IMG/VR virus record: IMGVR_UViG_3300045988_126619
Coordinates: 64,001 to 128,000 of that record
DNA from: a virus
Direction: 5' to 3' (one strand)
DNA length: 64,000 nt
Positions 34,744-43,827 of the stretch are shown here, piece after piece. Position 1 is the stretch's first letter. Every line of letters starts with the position of its first letter. A program made the position numbers and the translations under genes. A model generated the notes under the pieces. It saw nothing but the letters and a program-made list of their open reading frames with translations. It was not told the origin of the DNA and made no database searches.

Positions 34744-35121
34744 ATGAAATATGGAATAATATTTAATATAGAAAAAAATAACTATTCACTAATAAATATT
34801 CATACTAATGAAGTAATAGCAACTGTAGGAGATATCTACAAAGACTTATTCAACACAGAAAGAAAAAGAGAAATGGGAGATATACAGAGAATATTAAAAA
34901 AATTAGAGTGTGAAGATTTTGTTAAAAAATGTATAGAAAGAAAAACTGTTTTTAAATTTAAATATAATAACTACAGATTTGTAATAGGGGGTATTGCTTG
35001 TAGTGGGCAATGGTACACTACGTGTTTAGATTACGTTAATCATTCCGTAGCAGTTTGTACACAATATCATGAAATAACAAAAAATCCTTTAGAAATTGGG
35101 GATATATTAATAGATAATTAG
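34744..35121 (+). CDS. hypothetical protein
   Basis: SD GGGGGA upstream. Confidence 0.55.
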   Translation: MKYGIIFNIEKNNYSLINIHTNEVIATVGDIYKDLFNTERKREMGDIQRILKKLECEDFVKKCIERKTVFKFKYNNYRFVIGGIACSGQWYTTCLDYVNHSVAVCTQYHEITKNPLEIGDILIDN

Positions 35122-35204
35122 ATATTAATTAATAGGGGAACTGGCTATTTTGGCATTAAAAATGCTAGAGTAAATTAATTTTATTTAAGGAGTTATAGTT
35201 ATAT

Positions 35205-35705
35205 ATGAATAAAACACAGATAATAAAAATTGCTCCAAAAGGCAATATAACTTTAGATTTAATACAGGTTGATAACATCCAATATGATTTGAATTGCGAA
35301 GACGAAGATGGTGATATATTTACATTAGGTGTAATTAAAGTATATAAAGATAAATTAAGCAAAGATAGTTTTTCATCTCAATCAGATTTGGATATATTTG
35401 AAACATTCAGAAAAACTAAAGGTAAAAAGAGAATTTTTTTAGATATAATAAAGGTGTCAAGCGTTTTTAAAAATCAAGGTTTGGGAACTTATATGATTGA
35501 AGAGATGTGTAGTAGAATGAAGAATAATGGCTATGAATCCATATGTCTGAAAGCCCATCCTTTAGTAATATGGAAATATGGTATTTCGTCAAATAAAAAT
35601 AAAAGTGAAATAAGAAAAGAAAAAGAATTAATACAAAGATTTTATTTAAAAAATGGTTTTAATTTTTGTAAAAAAGGTGTAGATTATATGTATAAAGACT
35701 TATAA
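35205..35705 (+). CDS. GNAT-family N-acetyltransferase
   Basis: VFKNQGLGTYMIEEM (Q-x-x-G-x-G motif A) and C-terminal RFYLKNGF. Confidence 0.6.
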   Translation: MNKTQIIKIAPKGNITLDLIQVDNIQYDLNCEDEDGDIFTLGVIKVYKDKLSKDSFSSQSDLDIFETFRKTKGKKRIFLDIIKVSSVFKNQGLGTYMIEEMCSRMKNNGYESICLKAHPLVIWKYGISSNKNKSEIRKEKELIQRFYLKNGFNFCKKGVDYMYKDL

Positions 35706-35832
35706 AAAGGATGGAATTAAATATGGAAATTAAAGATATTGGTACGATATTTCTTGATGTAACAAAAAATCAACAGGGTTTTATAAATTTAATAACAAGT
35801 TTTCATAACAGATTAACATAAAAGGGGGAACT

Positions 35833-36057
35833 ATGAATATTAATGAATTTATAGAGAAAATAGTACAATACGAAAAGGAATATGAAATAATTATAACAAC
35901 GAATGAAAGTACCTATTTTATTACCTATAATGACGAGAATTATAAATGTAATGATTTAGGGAATATAACATATATGGATTTAGATATGTTAGCATTTGAT
36001 TTATTTAAAAAAATAGCTAATCGTAATGAAATTATAATTGAAATATTAAATGAGTGA
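35833..36057 (+). CDS. hypothetical protein
   Basis: SD AAGGGGGA upstream. Confidence 0.55.
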   Translation: MNINEFIEKIVQYEKEYEIIITTNESTYFITYNDENYKCNDLGNITYMDLDMLAFDLFKKIANRNEIIIEILNE

Positions 36058-36072
36058 TACGAGGATATATAT

Positions 36073-36390
36073 ATGACACAATTTAAATCTCAAGAAGATT
36101 ATATTAAAGAAATAGCCGAAAAGATTAATAACGGAAAAAGATACGAAATTGAAAATCCAACACTAGAAGATATATTAAAATTAAATGATTATGATTATAT
36201 AATCACAGAAGGGTTTTATTTTCCTTTAATGATAAGAAAAAGATACAAGATAGATACAGTATTGAACATTCCAACTGTATTTTGGTATGATGGATATGAA
36301 ATAGGTGATACTATTATGGGAATGATACCTCATACCTTTACAGCAGAAGAAATATTGGGAGAAATTAAAGGATTTAAGGGAACAGAGTGA
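36073..36390 (+). CDS. hypothetical protein
   Basis: SD CGAGGA upstream. Confidence 0.55.
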   Translation: MTQFKSQEDYIKEIAEKINNGKRYEIENPTLEDILKLNDYDYIITEGFYFPLMIRKRYKIDTVLNIPTVFWYDGYEIGDTIMGMIPHTFTAEEILGEIKGFKGTE

Positions 36391-36487
36391 AATAAGTTAT
36401 GTTTATGTTAGTTGAGCATTGCATAAGACAAACAATTGTGATAATGTATAATCAATACTATAAAATATTTAAATAAGGAAGAAATGG

Positions 36488-36748
36488 GTGATTTTATTGA
36501 AATGGAACGAGGTTAGAAAAACTTATCCTAATAAATTTATAGTCTTTCAAAGCTTGAATCAACATGAAAAACATAACATTTTAACGGTAACTGATGTAGC
36601 AGTAATAGAAGTCTTTGATAACCTTGAAGAATCATTTAAGTATTATTCTAAACTTCACCAAGCAGACAAGAAGAAACCGTTAAATATAGGTGATACCAAA
36701 AAGGAAAAATTGACATACAATGTTAAAAGGCTTGGTGTACTTAGATGA
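36488..36748 (+). CDS. hypothetical protein, translationally coupled to the protease gene
   Basis: GTG start after SD AAGGAAG. Its stop overlaps the next ATG (ATGA). Confidence 0.5.
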   Translation: MILLKWNEVRKTYPNKFIVFQSLNQHEKHNILTVTDVAVIEVFDNLEESFKYYSKLHQADKKKPLNIGDTKKEKLTYNVKRLGVLR

Positions 36749-37122
36749 TAAAATTAAGACAAAAAAATAAATTATTACTTTGTGAATTAGAATTGACAAT
36801 TAATGAACAAATCTTAACTCTTAAAAATGTATTAGTCGATACTGGTTCAGCAACTACTTTAATTAATAGTGATTATGTAAAAGTTGATGGTACAGAAATG
36901 ATTGATACAATATATGGAGTAGGTGGTTACGAAACTATATTAACTAAACGTGTAGACATATTGAAAATAAATGAATATATAATTGAAAATTTTCAAATAG
37001 ATTTAGGTAAAATGGATTTTGGTATAGAACTAGATGGGATATTAGGACTAGACGTTTTAACTATTTTAGGAGCAAATATTAATATTAAAGATTCTATTTT
37101 GAGTTTTGATTGTCAAAAGTAG
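36745..37122 (+). CDS. retropepsin-like (clan AA) aspartic protease
   Basis: VLVDTGSATTLI (D-T-G-S active site) and ILGLDVL flap-region-like block. 125 aa. Confidence 0.6.
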   Translation: MIKLRQKNKLLLCELELTINEQILTLKNVLVDTGSATTLINSDYVKVDGTEMIDTIYGVGGYETILTKRVDILKINEYIIENFQIDLGKMDFGIELDGILGLDVLTILGANINIKDSILSFDCQK

Positions 37123-37137
37123 AAGTAATATAATGAC

Positions 37138-37178
37138 AATTAAACAGTAGTAAAATAATTTATTGCTGTTTAATTTTT
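37138..37178 (+). terminator. intrinsic terminator
   Basis: Perfect 10-bp stem AATTAAACAG/CTGTTTAATT, 18-nt loop, T5. Confidence 0.7.
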
Positions 37179-37186
37179 AAAAACTA

Positions 37187-37215
37187 TTGACATAAAATAA
37201 ACAATAGTATATAAT
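37187..37215 (+). promoter_or_regulatory. consensus promoter with box
   Basis: -35 TTGACA 37187-37192, 17-nt spacer, -10 TATAAT 37210-37215. Confidence 0.8.
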
Positions 37216-37247
37216 TAATATATAGTTAAAGTTAAGGGGGAATATAA

Positions 37248-37490
37248 ATGAAAAAATATGAATGTGTTAAAGCATTTTTAGTTCCATTATGTGATGATGA
37301 TGGTTTCATTATAGAGAATGAAGACAAATATATAGAAGAAGGTTCTATATGGAGTACACCAAAAGATGAAAATTATAGATTGATAGGAGCAGAAGTTAGA
37401 CTTGAAAAAAGTGATTGTGAACGGTTAGAATGGTTAGAAATAACTCAAGAAGATTTAGAAGACAAATTTAGATTGATAGAAGGTGTGTAA
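37248..37490 (+). CDS. hypothetical protein
   Basis: SD AAGGGGGA upstream. Confidence 0.55.
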   Translation: MKKYECVKAFLVPLCDDDGFIIENEDKYIEEGSIWSTPKDENYRLIGAEVRLEKSDCERLEWLEITQEDLEDKFRLIEGV

Positions 37491-37491
37491 A

Positions 37492-38925
37492 ATGATAGAT
37501 AAAGAATTAAATAAAAATATGGAAGTATTAAATATGTTGAGAAAAAGGATTATTATTTTGCCAGAAGTAAGGCTTATATTAGATAAACTTCACATAAATA
37601 ATCATAAGGCTTATATTGTGGGAGGTTATGTTAGAGATTCATTGTTAAAGAATCGTATGCCACATGATTGTGATATATGCACGTCTGCTACACCACAAGA
37701 AATTATGGATATATTTAAAAATTATAAAATAATTCCTACAGGTTTACAACATGGGACAGTAACTATTTGTATGAAATGGGGCGATTATGAAGTAACTACA
37801 TTTAGAAAAGATGGGGAATATTTAGATGGTAGACACCCACAAACAATTGATTTTGTTAATGATTTAAAAGAAGATTTGAGCAGAAGGGATTTTACGATTA
37901 ATGCGTTAGCTTATAATGAAGAAGAAGGATTAATTGATTATTTTGGAGGAAAGGAAGACCTTGAGAATAAAATCATAAGATGTGTAGGAGATGCTGAAAA
38001 AAGATTTAAAGAAGATGGATTGAGAATATTAAGAGCATACAGATTCTCTGCACAATTAGGATTTACTATAGAATATAATACAAGTAGTATATTAGCATAT
38101 AAAGGTGTAAAAACAAATATAGATAACGTATCAAGAGAAAGAATAAGAGAAGAATTAAACAAAATTATATTATCTGATAATTCAAGAGAAGTATTGCTTA
38201 ATATGGTTGATGATGGAATATGTAAAAGTATATTTGGGGATTTTACATTTGAAGATATGATGTTTTTTAATCAGAATAATCCTTATCACAATAGAACATT
38301 ACTCAATCATACACTAACTGCCATGACTATTGCTCCACCAATTTTAGAAGTTAGATTGGCATTATTATTTCATGATATAGGTAAATTACAAACACAAGCA
38401 ACTGATGATAAAGGCATTTCTCACTATTATAATCATTCAAAAGTATCAGCAGAATTAGCTTTAAAGTATTTAAAAGGATTAAAATATGATAATAAAACAA
38501 TAGATATGGTTGTTACATTGATTGCAAACCATGATTTTACATTTGATAATTATGATTATATAATTAAGAAACAATTGAAGAAGCTTCTTAATAAACATGG
38601 GGAAGAAATTGTTAAGAATTTAATAATAATTAGAAAATGTGATATATTAGCACAATCAGAAAAGTATTATTATGACCGATTAGAAAAAATTTATAAAGTT
38701 GAACGTTTACTAAATGATGTTTTAGAAGACCAAGAATGTTTTCAAATTAAAGATTTGGCTATAAACGGAAATGATTTAATTACAATAGGTTATGAGCAAG
38801 GTGTAGAACTTGGGAAAACTTTAAAATATATTGTAGACCTTGTTATAGAAGAACATTTGAATAATGACAAAGAAGAATTATTAGAATATGCAAAATTTTT
38901 ATTAAAAACACTTGACACAAAATAA
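37492..38925 (+). CDS. cca: CCA-adding tRNA nucleotidyltransferase with HD domain
   Basis: GGYVRDSLL, DCDICT, RRDFTINA, ERIREEL, then LLFHDIGK (HD). ATG 37492 follows SD GAAGGTG. Confidence 0.85.
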   Translation: MIDKELNKNMEVLNMLRKRIIILPEVRLILDKLHINNHKAYIVGGYVRDSLLKNRMPHDCDICTSATPQEIMDIFKNYKIIPTGLQHGTVTICMKWGDYEVTTFRKDGEYLDGRHPQTIDFVNDLKEDLSRRDFTINALAYNEEEGLIDYFGGKEDLENKIIRCVGDAEKRFKEDGLRILRAYRFSAQLGFTIEYNTSSILAYKGVKTNIDNVSRERIREELNKIILSDNSREVLLNMVDDGICKSIFGDFTFEDMMFFNQNNPYHNRTLLNHTLTAMTIAPPILEVRLALLFHDIGKLQTQATDDKGISHYYNHSKVSAELALKYLKGLKYDNKTIDMVVTLIANHDFTFDNYDYIIKKQLKKLLNKHGEEIVKNLIIIRKCDILAQSEKYYYDRLEKIYKVERLLNDVLEDQECFQIKDLAINGNDLITIGYEQGVELGKTLKYIVDLVIEEHLNNDKEELLEYAKFLLKTLDTK

Positions 38926-38940
38926 ATGATAGTATATACT
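38912..38940 (+). promoter_or_regulatory. sigma-A-type promoter inside the 3' end of cca
   Basis: -35 TTGACA 38912-38917, 17-nt spacer with box, -10 TATACT 38935-38940. Confidence 0.6.
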
Positions 38941-38974
38941 ATTAGTATAGTAAACAAAAGAAAGGATTGATTGA

Positions 38975-39511
38975 ATGAAAGAAAGACAAATATTATATTT
39001 TATTGTAAGTAAGAGTGGGACAGGAAAAGATTATATTACTGATAAATTATGTAAGGAATTTGGAAAGAGTAAAGTAATATCTGCAACAACTAGAAGTCCA
39101 AGAAAAGGAGAAAAAGATACTCATAGATTTGTTTCTAATGAAGTAGCCGACAGAGAATTTGATAAAGCATTAGGAAAAACAGTATTTAATGGAAACAGAT
39201 ATTATACAACATTAGATGACGTAAAAGATAAAGATTTTTATATCATTGACCAAAAAGGTGTAGAAACTTTTGACTATAGTAAATTAAGGGAAGAATTAAA
39301 TACAGAGGTTCATGTGATTTATGTGAAATCTAAATGGTATGTAAGGGCGTATCATATGTTAAAACGTGGAGATAGTATTAAATCAATTATAAACAGATTG
39401 AGAAATGATAAACAATGTTTTGACGATAAATATTTAGAAAATATTGCTACAGTAACATTAAATGGTAGTGATGAATTATATCAATATTTTAAAGATAAGT
39501 ACACAAAATAA
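38975..39511 (+). CDS. guanylate-kinase-like nucleotide kinase
   Basis: P-loop SKSGTGKD and ATTRSPRKGEKD..HRFVS (TTRxPRxGE signature). Confidence 0.6.
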   Translation: MKERQILYFIVSKSGTGKDYITDKLCKEFGKSKVISATTRSPRKGEKDTHRFVSNEVADREFDKALGKTVFNGNRYYTTLDDVKDKDFYIIDQKGVETFDYSKLREELNTEVHVIYVKSKWYVRAYHMLKRGDSIKSIINRLRNDKQCFDDKYLENIATVTLNGSDELYQYFKDKYTK

Positions 39512-39536
39512 TAAATATATCATGGAGGAGTTTATT

Positions 39537-39809
39537 ATGAATTTAAAGGGGATTAAAGAACAGTCTATAGAAATAATAAATACAGAAGTTACTGCGTATA
39601 TAAAAACAGATAATAAAGAAGGGTTTTTATCTATAATGTTTGCACTAGGAGAAACAATTATATTATTACACGACAATATTAGTCAAGCTGGTATGTGTGG
39701 TTCAAAGGAACAAATATTAGAACTGCTTAATGAAGAAAATTTTAAATATAATGAAATAACTTTTATTGCAAAAACAACAAAGTCTATTTCAGAATATACG
39801 GTAATATAA
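39537..39809 (+). CDS. hypothetical protein
   Basis: SD GGAGGAG before ATG 39537. The track start at 39462 overlaps the kinase gene. Confidence 0.55.
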   Translation: MNLKGIKEQSIEIINTEVTAYIKTDNKEGFLSIMFALGETIILLHDNISQAGMCGSKEQILELLNEENFKYNEITFIAKTTKSISEYTVI

Positions 39810-39823
39810 AGGGGGAGTAAATT

Positions 39824-40255
39824 ATGAAAGACATAAAGGTAAAAGAATTTTATACTCAAGATGATTTTGATGGATTTGTAAGGATTGCACAAGCAGGAAA
39901 TCTTAATTGTATGAATGAAGAACAATTTGAAAAATTAAGAGAAAACTATAATCCAAGCTATGATTTTGATAAAGATATGGATGGATTTAAGAAATCATCA
40001 TTTGTATTTGTAGAAAAACGAACATCTTTACATTTAATGATTTTTAATATAGTTTTAGTTTTTATTACATCTTTATTAAGTGGATATATGGCGGGAGAAA
40101 TATATAGAGCAGGTATTTATTTATTATTACCATTTGTTATATGTGGAGTGTTATTTGTAATTCACCTATTAAAAGAGTTTGAAACATTTTATTATATGTA
40201 TTTTTGTGCTAAAGAAATTGAAAAAGTAATAAAAGAAATTAAGGGGAAAGAATAA
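39824..40255 (+). CDS. membrane protein (two predicted TM segments in the C-terminal half)
   Basis: SD AGGGGGAG upstream. LHLMIFNIVLVFITSLLSGYM and YLLLPFVICGVLFVIHLL. Confidence 0.6.
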   Translation: MKDIKVKEFYTQDDFDGFVRIAQAGNLNCMNEEQFEKLRENYNPSYDFDKDMDGFKKSSFVFVEKRTSLHLMIFNIVLVFITSLLSGYMAGEIYRAGIYLLLPFVICGVLFVIHLLKEFETFYYMYFCAKEIEKVIKEIKGKE

Positions 40256-40257
40256 TT

Positions 40258-40917
40258 ATGGCAAAATATGTAATGAGTGATATACATGGAATGTACGACA
40301 AATATATTGAAATGCTTAAAAAGATTGGTTTTTCTAGTGATGATACTTTATATATATTAGGGGATATTATCGACAGAGGTGCTGATTCTATGGAGATATA
40401 TAAGCACATAATATCTAACGATAATATAACATTATTAAAGGGAAATCATGAATGGTTGTTTGAAGATTTTTGTAACGATAGTGTTGATTTTGCTTATTCT
40501 AACTGGAGATTCAATGGTGGGAGTGCCACTAAGAAAAGTATGTATAAAAATAAAGTTATGTATAAAGAGTTTTTACAATTTGTAAAAAAACTACCTACAA
40601 TAATGGTGGTAGATGGGTTTATATTAGCACACGCAAGTATATATACAAACCCACCTTATACAGACCATATGGACTTAGATATGTTATTAGAAATACAAAA
40701 CGAAGAACAATTATTATGGGATAGAAATGATATTGGTGAAGCAGAATATAAGGATTATCAATTTATATTTGGGCATACACCGACCGAAACCATAGAAAAA
40801 GATAGAAATACTATTCTACACATTAATAATTCTTATTATATTGATTGTGGAGCGTGTTTTCAAGGTGGACAATTAGCTTGTCTTAGACTGGATGATTTAA
40901 AAGAATTTTATGTATAA
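40258..40917 (+). CDS. PPP-family metallophosphatase (lambda phosphatase/PrpE-like)
   Basis: SDIHG, GDIIDRG, GNHE, GHTP motifs in canonical order. Confidence 0.75.
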   Translation: MAKYVMSDIHGMYDKYIEMLKKIGFSSDDTLYILGDIIDRGADSMEIYKHIISNDNITLLKGNHEWLFEDFCNDSVDFAYSNWRFNGGSATKKSMYKNKVMYKEFLQFVKKLPTIMVVDGFILAHASIYTNPPYTDHMDLDMLLEIQNEEQLLWDRNDIGEAEYKDYQFIFGHTPTETIEKDRNTILHINNSYYIDCGACFQGGQLACLRLDDLKEFYV

Positions 40918-40964
40918 AAATTATTAAAACATATTGACATAAAATAAATGATAAGCAAAAAGAC

Positions 40965-40993
40965 TTGACTTTTATGGTTAAGTCTTTTATAAT
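40965..40993 (+). promoter_or_regulatory. sigma-A-type promoter
   Basis: -35 TTGACT 40965-40970, 17-nt spacer, -10 TATAAT 40988-40993. An upstream TTGACA+box at 40934-40953 lacks a -10. Confidence 0.6.
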
Positions 40994-41028
40994 ATAATTG
41001 TAAAATAAATGAAAGAGAGTGATAAAAT

Positions 41029-41337
41029 ATGTTAAAAGTAGTTATTAAAGAACCAAGCAAGAAACCTTATGTAAAGGAGATAGAAGATGAATTGAGTGTC
41101 TACCAAGAGATTGTAGGAGGATATATAGAAGTATTTCCATTTAGTGATTGTTTGGCGATTTGCAATGAAGAAGGAAAGTTTAAGGATTTAGCACCTAATT
41201 TCCCTTTATATTCTGCTAGAACAGGGGAAATGGTTGACATGGTAGTTGGTACTGTAATCTTTATTAATGAAGGTAAAGATGGTGATTTTGCTAGTCTGAA
41301 TGATGAACAGGTAGAAAGAATATTAAAGAGTTTATAG
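41029..41337 (+). CDS. DUF3846-like protein
   Basis: KVVIKEPSKKPYVKEIED..YQEIVGGYIE..ICNEEGK..GTVIFI..SL recalled as the DUF3846 pattern (unverified). Confidence 0.45.
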   Translation: MLKVVIKEPSKKPYVKEIEDELSVYQEIVGGYIEVFPFSDCLAICNEEGKFKDLAPNFPLYSARTGEMVDMVVGTVIFINEGKDGDFASLNDEQVERILKSL

Positions 41338-41348
41338 TAAAAATTTAT

Positions 41349-41378
41349 GTGTGGCTAGGTGTAAAAACTTGGCTACAC
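41349..41378 (+). terminator. terminator-like hairpin
   Basis: 11-bp stem GTGTGGCTAGG/CTTGGCTACAC (three G-U pairs), 8-nt loop, weak T tract. Confidence 0.4.
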
Positions 41379-41436
41379 TATTTAAACAAAATAAATAATA
41401 GCCTTGAAAAATATAATTGTAGAGAGGTATATAAAA

Positions 41437-41700
41437 ATGAATAAACAAGAATTAATTAAAACATTAACAAAAAGATACAAAGAATCCGAGGAATGTATAA
41501 ATAAAATTTTAGATTATGAAATTAAATATTTAACTGATATAGGATATGGAGAAAATAAAAGAGAAGAAAGTTTTATATTAAATTATAAAGATATTAAGAC
41601 AGAAATAACAAGAATACAATATTATGTTGTTGGACATATAAAAGAATGTTGGTATATTAAAACTATAAGGAAAAATAGTAAATTATATAAATCTATTTAA
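41437..41700 (+). CDS. hypothetical protein
   Basis: SD AGAGAGG before ATG 41437. Confidence 0.5.
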   Translation: MNKQELIKTLTKRYKESEECINKILDYEIKYLTDIGYGENKREESFILNYKDIKTEITRIQYYVVGHIKECWYIKTIRKNSKLYKSI

Positions 41701-41727
41701 ACAAAATAAATAATAGAGGTGAAAAAT

Positions 41728-41982
41728 ATGAGTTTTGAATGGAAATGTAAATGTGAAAAAACAATAATTATACCTTTTGCGGATATTCCAACACTAATGA
41801 GTGGTTTTGCTTATTGCGTATGTGAAGACTGTTATAAGGAGTTATTGAAAGAAGAAAGAAGTTATTATGCAACAGAAGAAGAATTTAAAGAGTGGACAAG
41901 GGAATTTAAGCAAAATAATGGATTACCTTACTTTATAACTCCAGATGGAGCGACATATGCTTGTGAAGTAAAGAAAGATTAA
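41728..41982 (+). CDS. small Cys-rich protein
   Basis: SD AGAGGTG upstream. CKCEK..CVCEDC. Confidence 0.5.
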   Translation: MSFEWKCKCEKTIIIPFADIPTLMSGFAYCVCEDCYKELLKEERSYYATEEEFKEWTREFKQNNGLPYFITPDGATYACEVKKD

Positions 41983-42019
41983 TTTAGCATGAAAAAGAAA
42001 ATATTAGATGTTTATTAGA

Positions 42020-42052
42020 ATAAGTCAAGCAAATAGCTTGGCTTATTTTTTA
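42020..42052 (+). terminator. intrinsic terminator
   Basis: 11-bp stem ATAAGTCAAGC/GCTTGGCTTAT (one G-U), 5-nt loop, T6. Confidence 0.8.
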
Positions 42053-42161
42053 TTTCTAGGCATCAGAGCCTTTGTGTAAGAGGTTTTAATTGTGCTAAGG
42101 ATAAATTAGTCTATGATTAATAATAACGTCTTATAATTGACGTATGGAGCAAATAAAACTA

Positions 42162-42190
42162 TTGACACAAAATAAATGATATGATAAAAT
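42162..42190 (+). promoter_or_regulatory. sigma-A-type promoter driving an ORF-free transcript
   Basis: -35 TTGACA 42162-42167, 17-nt spacer with box, -10 TAAAAT 42185-42190. Confidence 0.6.
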
Positions 42191-42196
42191 AAATCT

Positions 42197-42620
42197 TGTA
42201 AAAGTTAATTAAGAAGATATGAGAACAAACTATCTTTAAAGACAATCCGTGGAAGCTGACACCACGTATAAACAAGGCTGAACTGTAGGCAACGCAAGAA
42301 AAATACAGTAGGACAGATACATTACTCTATTTATGTTAATCTGCCCTTTAAGTGGGTACATATGTCCACTATATAAATTATATGGGTGTTTCTAGGGAAC
42401 TGGCAGAAATGCGGGATATAAGTCACATACAAACCTTTGTCGGGTAACAGTTGGCAATTGTAGACTTATATACAAATAGAGATAGCATGAGCGATACAAT
42501 TCAGTATACTCAACTATGTTTTTCTTTTTACTCTCAATTTTGAGGGTAAAACATAAACACTTCGCAACGTTTCCACAGTTCCTCAACTATACTTTTCTTA
42601 ATTCAAAAGTCAAGTGTTTT
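42197..42620 (+). ncRNA. candidate ~420-nt structured non-coding RNA of unknown class
   Basis: It has its own promoter and no SD-led ORF. Local G+C is ~38% over 42241-42480 (counted by hand) against a ~28% background. Many stems, e.g. 42248-52/42262-66, 42311-22/42333-45, 42351-55/42366-70, 42417-24/42463-70. ACTTTT/AAAAGT hairpin plus T5 at the 3' end. Confidence 0.5.
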
Positions 42621-42643
42621 TACATAAAATAAATAATAAAGTG

Positions 42644-42672
42644 TTGACAATATTTAAAATGTATTATATAAT
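42644..42672 (+). promoter_or_regulatory. consensus promoter
   Basis: -35 TTGACA 42644-42649, 17-nt spacer, -10 TATAAT 42667-42672. Confidence 0.75.
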
Positions 42673-42714
42673 AATAGTATAGTAAATAAGATAAATGATA
42701 AGGAGAGAGGTAAC

Positions 42715-43338
42715 ATGACAAAATTAGAAAAAGATATTATAAAAGAAAAACTTAAAGGATTAGAAGAAGGAACAAAGATATATGTAAAAGATGGTGATGG
42801 AATAGTACAAGAAGCAAAGTTTGAGAAAATGAATAGAACAAGATTTGTAGCCAAGTATAAGAATGGAACTTATTCATTCCCACTAAGCTTTTTTATAGGA
42901 ACTTGTGATGATAGTATAAAGGCTAAAGAAATCATAAATGAACAAAAGAATAAATATAAGAAATTTAACTTTATTAAAAAGAATCTTAATATTAAGGGAC
43001 TTAATACAACAGATTGTGCTGTTAGAGGTGTGGCAGAATTATTAAATATATCATGGGAAGATGCTATGATTAGATTAGCACAAACGTCTTGTATTACTGG
43101 TGAAATGCCTAACGATATAAGAACAACTGATATGTTATTAGAAAAAGAAGGGTTCAAACATATTAAAATTAAAAAGATGAAAGTTATTGATTTTGTAGAG
43201 AATATAGCAGAGAAGGATAAAAAATATGCAATTCATGCTAGTGGACACTTTACAGTAGTTAAAGGATATGACTTAATAGATTCATGGGATTGTAGAAATA
43301 ATATGATAAAGTCAGTATTAGAAATGGAGGATAAATAA
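42715..43338 (+). CDS. hypothetical protein; C-terminal half may be a papain-fold Cys-His-Asp peptidase
   Basis: NTTDCAVRGVAELLNISWEDA .. IHASGHFTVV .. IDSWD. The assignment is weak. Confidence 0.3.
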   Translation: MTKLEKDIIKEKLKGLEEGTKIYVKDGDGIVQEAKFEKMNRTRFVAKYKNGTYSFPLSFFIGTCDDSIKAKEIINEQKNKYKKFNFIKKNLNIKGLNTTDCAVRGVAELLNISWEDAMIRLAQTSCITGEMPNDIRTTDMLLEKEGFKHIKIKKMKVIDFVENIAEKDKKYAIHASGHFTVVKGYDLIDSWDCRNNMIKSVLEMEDK

Positions 43339-43339
43339 G

Positions 43340-43768
43340 ATGAAGAAAGAAACTAGGATAGAAATAAGAGAAATACCATATAATGTTTATGTTGCAGAAG
43401 ATGGTACAGAATTTGATTATGAACAAGCATGTAAAGAGTATGAATTAAAGTTAAAAGGAGTTAAATTTAAAAATTTATCAGATTTCCAAAGTATTAATAA
43501 TTTAAATTTTTTAGATTGTTATAAATGGTATTATGTGGAAGATAAAGATGATTTAGAATTATTCACGCAAGCATTAAAAAAACAATATTATAATTGTAGT
43601 ATATATATGGAGTACGATGATGAATACTATTGTAACACATGGGTATCATTTAGAAAAACAGAAGATGATTATGGAACAGATGTAGAAATAATACCATATA
43701 AGATTATTGAAGAACAATTTAATAATGTTAAAAATGTTTTAAGTCAAAATAATATTGACAAAAAATAA
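43340..43768 (+). CDS. hypothetical protein
   Basis: SD TGGAGGA upstream. Confidence 0.55.
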   Translation: MKKETRIEIREIPYNVYVAEDGTEFDYEQACKEYELKLKGVKFKNLSDFQSINNLNFLDCYKWYYVEDKDDLELFTQALKKQYYNCSIYMEYDDEYYCNTWVSFRKTEDDYGTDVEIIPYKIIEEQFNNVKNVLSQNNIDKK

Positions 43769-43783
43769 AATATATTATATAAT
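43755..43783 (+). promoter_or_regulatory. consensus promoter overlapping the previous gene end
   Basis: -35 TTGACA 43755-43760, 17-nt spacer, -10 TATAAT 43778-43783. Confidence 0.7.
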
Positions 43784-43827
43784 ATTAAATATAGAAAACA
43801 TAAAATAAACAATAAAGGAGAAGTGTT

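Noticed and set aside
42392-42586. The 64-aa - strand ORF inside the candidate ncRNA region.
   Set aside because: It has a TTG start without an SD and an implausible Cys/Leu/Tyr-rich composition. It is antisense to a promoter-driven + strand unit.
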